The notes under the pieces were generated by a model. That model made no database searches and had not been told where the DNA came from. It saw only the letters and a program-made list of their open reading frames with translations. From positions 123,298 through 187,297 of the forward strand of contig MNRP01000055.1 in NCBI GenBank assembly GCA_001916005.1: a stretch of DNA of 64,000 nt, given 5' to 3'. This document shows positions 52,561 to 62,994 of the stretch, one piece after another (the stretch's first letter is position 1; every line of letters starts with the position of its first letter). The stretch is from Clostridium sp. 26_22 (GTDB lineage: Bacteria; Bacillota; Clostridia; TANB77; CAG-508). The position numbers and the translations under genes were made by a program.

Positions 52561-53433
52561 ATGAAAAATAGAAAAGGAATAATATTAGCAGGAGGAAGTG
52601 GAACAAGACTATACCCATTAACACTTGCAATATCAAAACAAATAATGCCAGTATATGACAAACCAATGATATATTACCCATTATCAGTATTAATGGAAGC
52701 AGGAATAAAAGAAGTATTAATAATATCAACACCAAGAGATGCTGAAACATTCAAAACACTTTTAGGTGATGGTTCACAATGGGGAATGAAATTTGAATAT
52801 AAAATACAAGACAAACCAAATGGCCTTGCAGAAGCATTTATTATAGGAGAAGACTTTATAGGAGAAGACAATGTTGCAATGATATTAGGAGATAACATGT
52901 TTTATGGTTCACACTTATCAGAAATGCTAAAAAGAGCAAATGAAAGAGAAAATGAATCAACAATATTTGGTTACCAAGTAAAAGATCCAAGAGCATATGG
53001 AGTAGTAGAAATAGATGAAACAGGAAAAGCAATATCTATAGAAGAAAAACCAGAAAATCCAAAATCAAATTATGCAGTACCAGGACTATACTTCTATACA
53101 AATGATGTAATAGAAATAGCAAAAAATGTAAAACCATCAGCAAGAGGAGAACTAGAAATAACAACAGTAAATGAAGAATATATGAAAATGAACAAATTAT
53201 ATGTAGAAACATTCGGAAGAGGAATGACATGGTTTGATACAGGAACACATGATGCATTACTAGAAACAGCAAGCTTTGTACAAACAATAGAAAAAAGACA
53301 AGGAATGCAAGTATGTTGCCCTGAAGAAATAGCTTATCAAAAAGGTTGGATAACAGCAGAACAATTATCAAAATTAGCTGATAAATATATGAAAACAGAC
53401 TACGGAAAATATTTAAAAGAACTAGTTAAATAA
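52561..53433 (+). CDS. rfbA: Glucose-1-phosphate thymidylyltransferase
   Basis: [16 protein letters not shown] signature. Ribosome-binding site AAGGAGG before ATG 52561. Confidence 0.9.
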   Translation: MKNRKGIILAGGSGTRLYPLTLAISKQIMPVYDKPMIYYPLSVLMEAGIKEVLIISTPRDAETFKTLLGDGSQWGMKFEYKIQDKPNGLAEAFIIGEDFIGEDNVAMILGDNMFYGSHLSEMLKRANERENESTIFGYQVKDPRAYGVVEIDETGKAISIEEKPENPKSNYAVPGLYFYTNDVIEIAKNVKPSARGELEITTVNEEYMKMNKLYVETFGRGMTWFDTGTHDALLETASFVQTIEKRQGMQVCCPEEIAYQKGWITAEQLSKLADKYMKTDYGKYLKELVK

Positions 53434-53475
53434 TTTTAGATAATTAAAAAATGTGTCAAAGAAAGGATGAAGAAA

Positions 53476-54057
53476 ATGGGAAAATTTAAAAGAATAGATA
53501 CTTCAATAGAAGGTGTTTGCATAATTGAACCAACAGTATTTGGCGACACTAGAGGATATTTCATGGAAACATACAGCAAAAAAGATTTTGAAGAAATAGG
53601 TTTAAACTATGACTTTGTACAAGACAATCAATCAAAATCAAAAAAAGGAGTATTAAGAGGACTTCACTTCCAAAAAGAAAATACACAAGCAAAATTAGTT
53701 AGATGCATAAAAGGAGAAGTATTTGATGTTGCAGTAGACTTAAGACCAGGAAGCAAAACTTATGGAAAATGGGAAGGTGTTGTATTAACAGAAGAAAATA
53801 AAAAAATGTTTATGATACCAAAAGGATTTGCACATGGATTTTTAGTATTATCAGACGAAGCAGAATTTGCTTACAAATGTGATGATATTTACAACCATGA
53901 AGCAGAAGGTGGACTTAAATGGAATGACCCAGATGTAGCTATTGATTGGCCTATGGGAAATTTAAAAGTTGATAACTTATTAACATCAGAAAAAGATGGA
54001 AAATGGCCATCACTAAAAGAATTAAAAGAAACAGATTTATTTAGTAATTTGAAATAA
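53476..54057 (+). CDS. rfbC: dTDP-4-dehydrorhamnose 3,5-epimerase
   Basis: Cupin motifs TRGYFMETY, RGLHFQ, HGFLVLSDEAEFAYKCD. Confidence 0.9.
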   Translation: MGKFKRIDTSIEGVCIIEPTVFGDTRGYFMETYSKKDFEEIGLNYDFVQDNQSKSKKGVLRGLHFQKENTQAKLVRCIKGEVFDVAVDLRPGSKTYGKWEGVVLTEENKKMFMIPKGFAHGFLVLSDEAEFAYKCDDIYNHEAEGGLKWNDPDVAIDWPMGNLKVDNLLTSEKDGKWPSLKELKETDLFSNLK

Positions 54058-54075
54058 AAGAAAAGAGGAAAAAAG

Positions 54076-55044
54076 ATGAGTAAAAATGTATTAGTAACAG
54101 GTGCTGCAGGATTTATAGGAGCAAACTTTGCAGAATATTTTGTAAACAAACATCCAGATTATAATGTAATAGTTTTAGATAAATTAACATATGCAGGAAA
54201 TTTAAATAATTTAAAAAAAGTAATGGATAAAATAACATTTGTAAAAGGAGATATATGCGACTTTGATTTTGTATTAGAATTATTCAAAAAATATGACATA
54301 AACGGTGTAATCCATTTTGCAGCCGAATCACACGTTGATAACAGTATAAAAAATCCATTCATATTTACACACACAAACGTAATAGGAACACATACTTTAC
54401 TAGAAGCCGCAAAACAAGTGTGGGGAGAAGGTAGCCCAAATAAATTTGTTCATATATCAACAGATGAAGTTTATGGTTCACTTAAAGAAGATGGATATTT
54501 TACAGAAAAATCTCCAATCAAACCAAGTAGCCCATACTCAGCATCTAAAGCAAGTTCAGATTTAATTGCATTTGCATATCATGAAACATTCAAAATGAAT
54601 GTAAATGTAACAAACTGTTCAAATAACTATGGACCATATCAACACAATGAAAAATTAATCCCACATATGATTAAATTAGCATTAAATAATGAAAAATTAC
54701 CAGTTTATGGTGAAGGATTAAATATTAGAGACTGGTTATATGTAGAAGACCACTGTGAAGCAATAGACTTAGTATTCCATAATGGAGTAGCTGGAGAAAG
54801 ATATAACATTGGTGGACACAATGAAAGAAGAAATATAGAAATCGTTAAACTAATTTTACAAAGATTAGGAAAATCAGAAGATTTAATCGAACACGTAGCT
54901 GACAGAAAAGGACATGACTATAGATATGCTATAGATCCAACTAAAATCAAAAATGAATTAGGATGGTATCCAAAAACAAAATTTGAAGATGGTATTGTTA
55001 AAACTATTGATTGGTACTTAGCAAATCCAGATTGGTTAAAATAG
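54076..55044 (+). CDS. rfbB: dTDP-glucose 4,6-dehydratase
   Basis: VLVTGAAGFIGANF, catalytic YSASKASSD, NNYGPYQ. Confidence 0.9.
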   Translation: MSKNVLVTGAAGFIGANFAEYFVNKHPDYNVIVLDKLTYAGNLNNLKKVMDKITFVKGDICDFDFVLELFKKYDINGVIHFAAESHVDNSIKNPFIFTHTNVIGTHTLLEAAKQVWGEGSPNKFVHISTDEVYGSLKEDGYFTEKSPIKPSSPYSASKASSDLIAFAYHETFKMNVNVTNCSNNYGPYQHNEKLIPHMIKLALNNEKLPVYGEGLNIRDWLYVEDHCEAIDLVFHNGVAGERYNIGGHNERRNIEIVKLILQRLGKSEDLIEHVADRKGHDYRYAIDPTKIKNELGWYPKTKFEDGIVKTIDWYLANPDWLK

Positions 55045-55096
55045 AATAAGTATAAAATAAGGAGAAAGCAAAAATAAAAATATGCTTTCTCCTATT

Positions 55097-56602
55097 TTAT
55101 ATAATTGAATCTCTTTTTCGTAATTGATTTAGAAAAATAAAAATCATCAAATAAATTAAAATAAACAACAAAATATTACAAATAAGATTTAGCTTCAAAT
55201 CAATTAAATTAAAGTGTGAAACACACAAAACCAAATATGAAATAATACTGCAAACAATAGGAATTATTAGCCAATCTATAAAATTTAATTTTATTTTTGA
55301 ATATTTTATCATTTGAAAAAGACTTACAAAAAAGTTTAAAATCTCACTAATAAATATAGAAATTATATATCCCTTAATGCCATAAATTGGAAGTAAAAAA
55401 TATATAAAACATATAGTTACACTTAAATCCAAAATATTACAACACATAACACCAAATTGTTTATTAAGACCTTTTAAAATACTATCAATTATATTGTCCA
55501 TATACATAAAGAAAATTAAAGGAGCTAAAATTTTAAAATAAAATCCAGACTCCAAATTATTATAGATAGCTAAGCCAAGTTCATTCGAGAAAAATAAAAA
55601 TATACTGCAAATGCAAAAAGAAAAAGCAGAGGTCAATCTAAATATCTTATTACTAATGAAATTAATAGCTTTATAGTTCTTTTGAGCTAAATAAGTTGAA
55701 AACTCAGGGATTAAAAGCATACTATAAGAACTCATAAAAACAATAGGAAAATTTAAAACAGGCATAACCATACCATTAATAATACCATATTTAGAAAGCG
55801 ACTCAGAACAAGACAAACCAGATTTTTCAAGTTGGGTTGGAATTATAAGTTGTTTCAAAGTAGAAAGCCCAGAACGTATATAAGAAGTAAGTGCCACAGG
55901 AGCAGCTATTTTAATAATACTTGTTCTTTCGCCAAAAGAACGTACATTATCTAATTTTTTCTTTCTAATATCAACTTTATATAAAATATAAATTAAAGTA
56001 AAAGAGCAAACTTCTGATATAACATCAGCCAATATTAAAGAAATACAAACAAGTTCAACACCTTTACTAATATTAATTTGTAATAAAATGATAGTTGCAA
56101 TAAGTTTTAATATAAATTCAAAAATTTGTGAAATCGCATTTTTATAAGCTTTTCGTACAGAATTAAAATAAGCATTAATGCAAGCTGACATCGCAATAAA
56201 AGGTAGACCAATAGCAATATAAAATAAAGGTTTACTTGAAACCCTGTTATGTAAGCAAACTGAGGTAATAAAATTAGAAAAAATAATAATTAAACTACCT
56301 GCAACAATTCCAAGAAGTAAACTGAAAAATATACAAGTTCTAACAGCTTTTATGCCTGTATTTTTATTTTCTAATGCAAATTTTTCAGAAACAATACAAG
56401 TGACTGCAATATTCAAGCCAGAAGTTGCAACTGTAATAAAAAACAAATATACAGCCATTACTAAACTAAAAATGCCGACTGCTTCAGAACCTATTTTATT
56501 AGAAATATATATATTAAAAATTAATGTTACAAATCTCATAAATAATGCGGTTAATGTAAGAATTGTACCATTAATTAGAAAAAGTTTGCTTTTTTCTCTC
56601 AA
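55097..56602 (-). CDS. MOP-superfamily flippase (SpoVB / MurJ / polysaccharide biosynthesis protein-like)
   Basis: 501 aa with 14 predicted TM helices. N-terminal LFLINGTILTLTALFMRFV...GSEAVGIF pattern typical of SpoVB/MurJ. Confidence 0.6.
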   Translation of the reverse strand: MREKSKLFLINGTILTLTALFMRFVTLIFNIYISNKIGSEAVGIFSLVMAVYLFFITVATSGLNIAVTCIVSEKFALENKNTGIKAVRTCIFFSLLLGIVAGSLIIIFSNFITSVCLHNRVSSKPLFYIAIGLPFIAMSACINAYFNSVRKAYKNAISQIFEFILKLIATIILLQINISKGVELVCISLILADVISEVCSFTLIYILYKVDIRKKKLDNVRSFGERTSIIKIAAPVALTSYIRSGLSTLKQLIIPTQLEKSGLSCSESLSKYGIINGMVMPVLNFPIVFMSSYSMLLIPEFSTYLAQKNYKAINFISNKIFRLTSAFSFCICSIFLFFSNELGLAIYNNLESGFYFKILAPLIFFMYMDNIIDSILKGLNKQFGVMCCNILDLSVTICFIYFLLPIYGIKGYIISIFISEILNFFVSLFQMIKYSKIKLNFIDWLIIPIVCSIISYLVLCVSHFNLIDLKLNLICNILLFILIYLMIFIFLNQLRKRDSII

Positions 56603-56711
56603 AATAATTCACCTCTTTAAGGGTATTCTTGAGATGAATTTTTATGATAAAAAATATTAATTTTTATAAGAGGACGCGAAATTTGTCGTAAAAAAAAGTG
56701 CTTTTTTTCAA

Positions 56712-56740
56712 TTGACAAAAACCAAAAAATATGATAATAT
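56712..56740 (+). promoter_or_regulatory. Sigma-A promoter TTGACA-N17-TAATAT, with a ~135-nt leader containing a terminator-like hairpin (CAACACAAAAAGTGTTG + T-run at ~56826-56852)
   Basis: Consensus hexamers. Leader hairpin lies 25 nt upstream of the AAGGAGG ribosome-binding site. Confidence 0.5.
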
Positions 56741-56877
56741 AACTAACTGTGAAACACAAATAACAAAAAATAACACAAATGGTATAATTGGAAACGAACA
56801 TTATTCAAAAAGAATAATGACTAACGAACAACACAAAAAGTGTTGTATTTTTTTGTTAAAAATAAAAGGAGGAACAA

Positions 56878-58884
56878 ATGGAAAACGAAGAAAACATACT
56901 AGGAAAAGAAAAAATCGGAAAACTAATCAGAAAATTCTCAATACCATGTATAATATCGCTATTAGTAAACTCACTATACAACATAGTTGACCAAATATTC
57001 ATTGGTTGGGGAGTTGGTTATTTAGGAAATGGGGCAACAAACGTAGTATTCCCATTAACAATGATATGCTTAGCATTTTCATTAATGTTTGGAGATGGAG
57101 CATCAGCATATCTAAGCTTAAAATTAGGAGAAAAGAAAAAAGAAGAAGCAGGAAAAGGTGTAGCAAATGGAATTGCAATGTCTGTAATTATAGCTTTAAT
57201 TATGTGCATAATAACATTAGGATTTTTACCACAACTATTAAATGTATTTGGATGTACAGACAATTTAAGAGAATATGCCTTAAAATATGGTTATATAATA
57301 GCAATAGGATTACCATTTATGATGATAGGAACAACATTAAACTCTATAATAAGAGCAGATGGAAATCCAAAATATGCAATGACATCAATGGTTTCAGGAG
57401 CAATTTTAAACACAATGTTAGACCCAATTTTTATATTTGTATTTAAAATGGGAGTTGAAGGTGCAGCAATTGCAACTGTAATAAGCCAAATATTAACATT
57501 TATAATAAATATATGTTATATTAAAAAATTCAAATCAGTAACATTAAATAAAGAAAGTTTCAAAATAAAAGCAAGTGTAGCAAGAAAAGTAGCAATGCTT
57601 GGAATAAGTAGTTTTATAACACAAATGAGCATAGTTGTAGTTATGGCATTTGAAAACAATTTACTAGGAAAATATGGTGGACAATCAAAATTTGGTTCAG
57701 AAATTCCAATCACTGTATTAGGAATAGTAATGAAAATAAGCCAAATATTAAATAGTATAATAATAGGAATTGCAGCTGGAGCACAACCAATAATTGGTTA
57801 TAACTATGGAGCTGGAAAATATGACAGAGTAAAGAGAACTCTAAAAACAGTATTAGGATTAAGTGTTATTATAAGCACAATAGCATTTATTTTATTCCAA
57901 ACAATACCAGATAAATTAATATCAATATTTGGTAGTGGAGATGCAAATTATATGGAATTTGCTTGTATAGCATTTAGAACATATTTAATGTTAGTAATAT
58001 GTAATGGAATTCAAATTCCATCAGGAATATTCTTCCAAGCAATTGGAAAAAGTGTAAAAAGTGCAGTGTTATCATTATCAAGACAAATACTATTCTTAAT
58101 ACCAGCAATGGTAATATTTGGAAAACTATGGGGAATAGATGGAATATTATATGCTGGACCATTTGCTGATGGACTTGCATTCTTAATAGCTTCAACATTA
58201 TTAATCTTAGAAGTTAAACATTTAAGAAATAATGAAAATAAAGAAACAGTAACTGTTGAAGAAAAATCAGAAGTAGAAAATCAAAATGGAAGAAACATAG
58301 TAATAACAATAGCTAGAGAGTATGGTTCAGGAGGAAGATACATAGGAAAATTAGTTGCTGAAAAACTAGGAATAAAATTATATGATAAAGAATTTGTTAA
58401 AAAAGTAGCAGAAGAAACAGGACTTTCAGAAGAATTTATCAAAAATAATGAACAAAAAAGAGATGCTTTAGCAGATTTAAATAATGGTTATTATTTTGGA
58501 CTAAACAATGCAGATGAACTATTCTTAAAAGAATCAGAAATAATTAAAAATACAGCAGAAAAAGAATCATGTGTAATTGTTGGAAGATGTGCTGACTTTA
58601 TATTAAATGATAGAAAAGATGTAACAAAAGTGTTTATTTACAGCAATATGGAAAATAAAGTAAAAAGAGCAACAGAATTCTATGGTTTAGATAAAGCAAA
58701 AGCAGAAAAAGAAATAACAAGAATAAACAAATTAAGAGCAAATCATTATAAACATTATACAGAAAAAGAATGGAACAATCCAAACAATTATGATATCTGT
58801 ATAAACAGTGATACATTAGGTGTAGAAAAATCAGCAGACTTAATATGCGAAATAGTGAATAAAAAAACTGACCAATTAGTGTAA
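56878..58884 (+). CDS. MATE-family transporter (12 TM) fused to a C-terminal cytidylate-kinase-like (P-loop NMP-kinase-like) domain
   Basis: MATE N-terminus FSIPCIISLLVNSLYNIVDQIFIG. After TM12, a soluble domain begins NIVITIAREYGSGGRYIGKLVAEKLGIKLYDKEF, typical of the cytidylate kinase-like family. Confidence 0.7.
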   Translation: MENEENILGKEKIGKLIRKFSIPCIISLLVNSLYNIVDQIFIGWGVGYLGNGATNVVFPLTMICLAFSLMFGDGASAYLSLKLGEKKKEEAGKGVANGIAMSVIIALIMCIITLGFLPQLLNVFGCTDNLREYALKYGYIIAIGLPFMMIGTTLNSIIRADGNPKYAMTSMVSGAILNTMLDPIFIFVFKMGVEGAAIATVISQILTFIINICYIKKFKSVTLNKESFKIKASVARKVAMLGISSFITQMSIVVVMAFENNLLGKYGGQSKFGSEIPITVLGIVMKISQILNSIIIGIAAGAQPIIGYNYGAGKYDRVKRTLKTVLGLSVIISTIAFILFQTIPDKLISIFGSGDANYMEFACIAFRTYLMLVICNGIQIPSGIFFQAIGKSVKSAVLSLSRQILFLIPAMVIFGKLWGIDGILYAGPFADGLAFLIASTLLILEVKHLRNNENKETVTVEEKSEVENQNGRNIVITIAREYGSGGRYIGKLVAEKLGIKLYDKEFVKKVAEETGLSEEFIKNNEQKRDALADLNNGYYFGLNNADELFLKESEIIKNTAEKESCVIVGRCADFILNDRKDVTKVFIYSNMENKVKRATEFYGLDKAKAEKEITRINKLRANHYKHYTEKEWNNPNNYDICINSDTLGVEKSADLICEIVNKKTDQLV

Positions 58885-58964
58885 TGACATTTTAAATAAA
58901 ATAGTGTATTATAAATAAGGCAACTAAAACAGTTACCTTATTTTTATATATTAGGAGAAAATTC

Positions 58965-60692
58965 ATGAGAAAACAAAGAGAAGTAAAAGAATTTAAAAAT
59001 GTAAAAGAAATAATTTATAATTCAGCAAAGGAATATAGCAATAATGTGGCTTTTATAAAAAAAGAACAAATTAATAAAAAAGCAGAATATACCAATATAA
59101 CATATAAAGAACTTTTAAATCAAATAAATTATTATGGTACAAAATTATACGACATGGGACTAAAAAACAAAAGAATAGCCATTGTAGGTCGTAATAGATA
59201 CGAATGGATATTAGCTCATCTAACAAACCTTTTAGGAGGAATAGTTTCAATCCCATTAGACAAAGATTTACAAATTGATGAACTAGAAAATTCACTAATA
59301 AGAAGTAAAGCAGATGCTGTAGTATTTGATGAAAAATACATTGAAAAAATACAAAAAATAAAAGATGATAACAACACAAACATAAAAGAATATATTTCAA
59401 TGTCAAAATTAGAAGGATTTTTAGATATGAATTCTTTATTAGAACAAGGAAAAGAAATTTATGAAAAAGGAAATAAAGAATTTGTAGAAACAAAAATAAA
59501 TTCATACGAAATGGCCATTTTGCTATTTACATCTGGAACAACATCAAAATCAAAAGCAGTAATGCTTTCACAAAACAATATTGCATCAAATATATATGCA
59601 ATGAAAAAAGTAGAAGGAATATATGAAACAGATTCAAACTTAGCATTTTTACCATTTCATCACATATTTGGTTCAACAGCATTAATATTGATGCTAGCTT
59701 GTGGTGTAAGAACATCATTTCCAGACGGATTAAGATACATTGCACAAAACTTAAAAGAATATGAAGTATCTGTATTTGTTGGTGTGCCATTATTAGTAGA
59801 AGCAATTTATAATAAAATTTTAAAAGAAATTGAAAAACAAGGAAAAACAAAATTAATAAATAATGCAATAAAAATTAGTAATGCATTATTAAAAATAAAA
59901 ATTGATATAAGAAGACTATTGTTTAAACAAGTATTAGAACAATTAGGAGGAAAATTAAGATTCGTAATTTCAGGTGGAGCACCACTAGATCCAAAAGTTC
60001 AAAAAGGATGGAATGATTTAGGAATAAAAATGGTTCAAGGTTATGGACTAACAGAAACTTCACCAGTAATATGTGCAGAAAATGATTTCAAAACAAGAAA
60101 CGGTTCAATAGGAGTTCCTATGGAAAATGACACAATAGAAATCGTAAATAAAGATGAAAAGGGAATAGGAGAACTTAGAGTAAAAGGACCAAATGTAATG
60201 CTTGGATATTATGAAAATGAAGAAGAAACAAATAAAGTCTTAAAAGATGGATGGTTCTATACGGGAGATTTAGGCTACCAAGACAAAGATGGATTTATAT
60301 TTATAACAGGTAGACAAAAAAATATGATAGTTTTAAAAAATGGAAAGAAAATCTTCCCTGAGGAGGTAGAAACCCTAGTAAACAGAATTGATTTAGTTGA
60401 GGAGTGTATGGTTTTCGGATTACCTGATGAAAAAGATAAAAATGATATTACTTTGTCTGTTAAGGTGGTTTTAAATAAAGAAACTGCTAAAGAAGAAAAA
60501 TATAAGGGTATGAGTGATGATGAGTTAAAAGATATTATTTGGAATAAGATTAAGACTGAGGTTAATGAGACTGTGCCTAGATATAAGCATATTACTAATA
60601 TGATTTTTAGTAAGGAGGAATTGGTTAAGACTACTACTAAGAAGGTTAAGAGAAATGAGGAGATGAAGAAAATTTTAAATAATGGTCTTTAA
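58965..60692 (+). CDS. AMP-dependent synthetase/ligase (long-chain acyl-CoA synthetase-like)
   Basis: AMP-binding motif LLFTSGTTSKSKAVMLSQ, YGLTETSPV, hinge D in GWFYTGDLG, KNGKKIFPEEVE. Confidence 0.8.
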   Translation: MRKQREVKEFKNVKEIIYNSAKEYSNNVAFIKKEQINKKAEYTNITYKELLNQINYYGTKLYDMGLKNKRIAIVGRNRYEWILAHLTNLLGGIVSIPLDKDLQIDELENSLIRSKADAVVFDEKYIEKIQKIKDDNNTNIKEYISMSKLEGFLDMNSLLEQGKEIYEKGNKEFVETKINSYEMAILLFTSGTTSKSKAVMLSQNNIASNIYAMKKVEGIYETDSNLAFLPFHHIFGSTALILMLACGVRTSFPDGLRYIAQNLKEYEVSVFVGVPLLVEAIYNKILKEIEKQGKTKLINNAIKISNALLKIKIDIRRLLFKQVLEQLGGKLRFVISGGAPLDPKVQKGWNDLGIKMVQGYGLTETSPVICAENDFKTRNGSIGVPMENDTIEIVNKDEKGIGELRVKGPNVMLGYYENEEETNKVLKDGWFYTGDLGYQDKDGFIFITGRQKNMIVLKNGKKIFPEEVETLVNRIDLVEECMVFGLPDEKDKNDITLSVKVVLNKETAKEEKYKGMSDDELKDIIWNKIKTEVNETVPRYKHITNMIFSKEELVKTTTKKVKRNEEMKKILNNGL

Positions 60693-60925
60693 ATTGACCG
60701 CCCCCAAAAGAAGTATTTTTTGATATTTTCGTTGCCATATTTAAGAAAATGTAACTCACTGGCGTTCGAACATTTTCTAAAACGGTCACCCACGGATCAC
60801 TGCAATATCAATAAATACTTCTTTTTGGGGCTTCTCTACTTTTGAAATTTTTTGCTTTTTTAGTGCTTTAATATTAATTCCTAAAAATTTTGGGAAATTT
60901 TTAGGAATTTTTTGTGGTTGATTTT

Positions 60926-61714
60926 TTAACTTCTTAAGAGGTCTACCCAGCTGTATATGATTTGTTTACAGGTAGTGAATGGAGTTATTTTGTCTATGTT
61001 GTTTTCGGCTACTAGATTAGTTGTGGCTAAGGTTTGCCCATCAAGTGTAAAGGTAACTTCTCCAATTTTGTCTCCTTTTTTTAGTGGTGCTTGTATATTA
61101 TCATTGATAGTTATATTTTGTGTTATTTGATTTTCTTTTCCTTTTTCTATTAATGTACCAGCATTATCTTCTAGAATTGCATTAACAGTGTTTTTAACAC
61201 CTTTACTTACATTAACATTTTGAATTACATCATTTTTGTTTCCAAAGTTTTTAAAAGAGAATTTGCTAAAACCATAGTCTAAAAGTTTTGATGCTTCAGC
61301 AAATCTTACTTTAGTAGATGGTGCTTTCATAATAACAGCTATTAAAGATAGGTTATCTCTTGTTGCACTTGCTGATAGATTATATAAAGCTAGGGAAGTT
61401 GAACCAGTTTTTAGCCCAGTAATACCTTTATAGGTTCTAATTAATTTGTTGGTATTAACTAATTGTGATTTACCATCTCTTAAAGAATCCATCCAAATTG
61501 TTGTATATTTTGTTATATCAGGATGGTTACTTAAAAGTTCACGAGACATTAAAGCTATATCATATGCAGATGTTACGTGGCCATCTTCATCAATCCCATG
61601 ACAATTTTTAAAAGTCGTATCATTCATACCAAGTTCTTTTGCTTTATCATTCATCATTTGAACAAAAGCTTCTTCAGAGCCTGCAATATGTTCAGCCATT
61701 GCTACTACACAATC
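60926..61714 (-). pseudogene. 5'-truncated D-alanyl-D-alanine carboxypeptidase (PBP5/DacF-like). Only the region from just after the SxN motif to the C-terminus is present.
   Basis: Protein begins (D)CVVAMAEHIAGSEEAFVQMMNDKAKELGMNDTTFKNCHGI, homologous to the DAAVAIAEH...F.N..G segment of DacA/DacF. An in-frame TAA lies immediately upstream, and no SxxK-containing N-terminus is present. Confidence 0.7.
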
Positions 61715-61918
61715 TTAACGCGTTCATTAAAGACAGGAAAAACTGAAAAACCGCACTACAAGCGACTTGTAGAAATTGTAATTATCTATAAAAATGTATA
61801 AAATTCATTCAAAAATATTACGTGTTTTTAATGGATTTTGAAAATAAAGTGTAATTCGCACTTTATTTTTTTATATCAATTTTTTTGATAATAAAAAGTT
61901 AAGGAGGTGATGTGAAAT

Positions 61919-62689
61919 GTGAATGTAGAAAAGCAACCTTCATATTATGCTATAATTCCTGCAACAATAAGATATGATGAAAGACTTAAATATGCAGAAA
62001 GATTATTTTATGGAGAAATAACAGCTTTAATTGGAAAAGAAGGCTATTGTTTTGCAAGCAATAATTATTTTGCAGAGCTATATGGAGTTATACCAGGAAC
62101 AATATCTCGATGGATTTCTCATTTATCAAAATTGGAATATATAAAAGTTGAATTAATTAGAAATAATAAAAAAGAGATAGTTGAGAGAAGAATTTATATT
62201 ACTGATATAAGTTGTAGGCAAATTGTGCAAGATACCTATAAGCAAAATAGCACATACCCCTATATGCAAAATTGCTCATACCCTATAAGCAAAAAAGATA
62301 AAGGTAATAATATAAATATTATGATAGATAGATTCTTTAATTTAATAATAAATAATAATGGGAAAATTCCAAAAGATTTTGAGAAAATTGAAGATTTTCA
62401 GGAATTTTATAAGATAATAGAAAGGTTAGAATTTAATTATACAAAAGAAATATTAATGACTTTTAAAAAAGAGAATATTGATAAACTAAAGATAATAATT
62501 TATACAATAAAAGAATTATTTATAAAAAACAAAAGAAAATTATTAGAAAAATCTAAAAGAGAAAATTTTATAGATGTATATGATAGTTGTAAATCTTTTG
62601 AAAAAACATATAAAGATACAGAAAATGAGATAAAAAGTTTTTTTGACTATTATTATGCAAGTATTATTAGAAAATTAGAGGCTAAATAG
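61919..62689 (+). CDS. Replication-initiator / phage replisome-organiser-like HTH protein
   Basis: GTG start with AAGGAGG ribosome-binding site. N-terminus YYAIIPATIRYDERLKYAERLFYGEITALIGKEGYCFASNNYFAELYGVIPGTISRWISHL resembles replisome-organiser / RepA-like winged-helix domains. Confidence 0.45.
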   Translation: MNVEKQPSYYAIIPATIRYDERLKYAERLFYGEITALIGKEGYCFASNNYFAELYGVIPGTISRWISHLSKLEYIKVELIRNNKKEIVERRIYITDISCRQIVQDTYKQNSTYPYMQNCSYPISKKDKGNNINIMIDRFFNLIINNNGKIPKDFEKIEDFQEFYKIIERLEFNYTKEILMTFKKENIDKLKIIIYTIKELFIKNKRKLLEKSKRENFIDVYDSCKSFEKTYKDTENEIKSFFDYYYASIIRKLEAK

Positions 62690-62994
62690 TTAGCTTTATT
62701 TTTTTAAACTTAAATGGAGGTTTTAGATGATTGAACCATATAATTTAGAAACAAATTCTAGTATGAATCTTATGTTAGAAAATATGATGGAAAATACTTT
62801 TTTTTTATAATTATATTTTTAACAATTTTGATTTTTACAAGTTTAATTATTTGGCTAATTCGGGAGCCGTATTAAATCCGAAAAAACAATTAAATTTGGT
62901 ATAAAGAATTTTATAATATGTATTTTATTACAGGTGTTTATACTGGTTATACCATTAATTATAGCTTTTTTCAGGTAAAGGAGGAAAATTTCAG

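Noticed and set aside
25305-56688. Shared 12-mer CGAAATTTGTCG upstream of both duplicated promoters, considered as a regulator operator
   Set aside because: Spacing to the -35 differs (11 versus 23 nt). At 56677 it coincides with a plausible - strand promoter for the flippase gene. Likely coincidental; only the spacer/-10 identity was kept as a low-interest finding.
56712-56990. 92-aa ORF overlapping the MATE promoter, leader and start
   Set aside because: Spans a consensus promoter and 5' leader, with no ribosome-binding site and Lys/Arg/Asn-rich junk composition. Spurious.
57006-57446. 146-aa alternate-frame ORF inside the MATE gene
   Set aside because: Embedded in a clear MATE coding frame; Arg/Lys/Trp-rich artefact.
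61577-61801. 74-aa + strand ORF spanning the dac / mobile-element junction
   Set aside because: Overlaps the antisense of dac and the junction. No ribosome-binding site or homology; likely noise.
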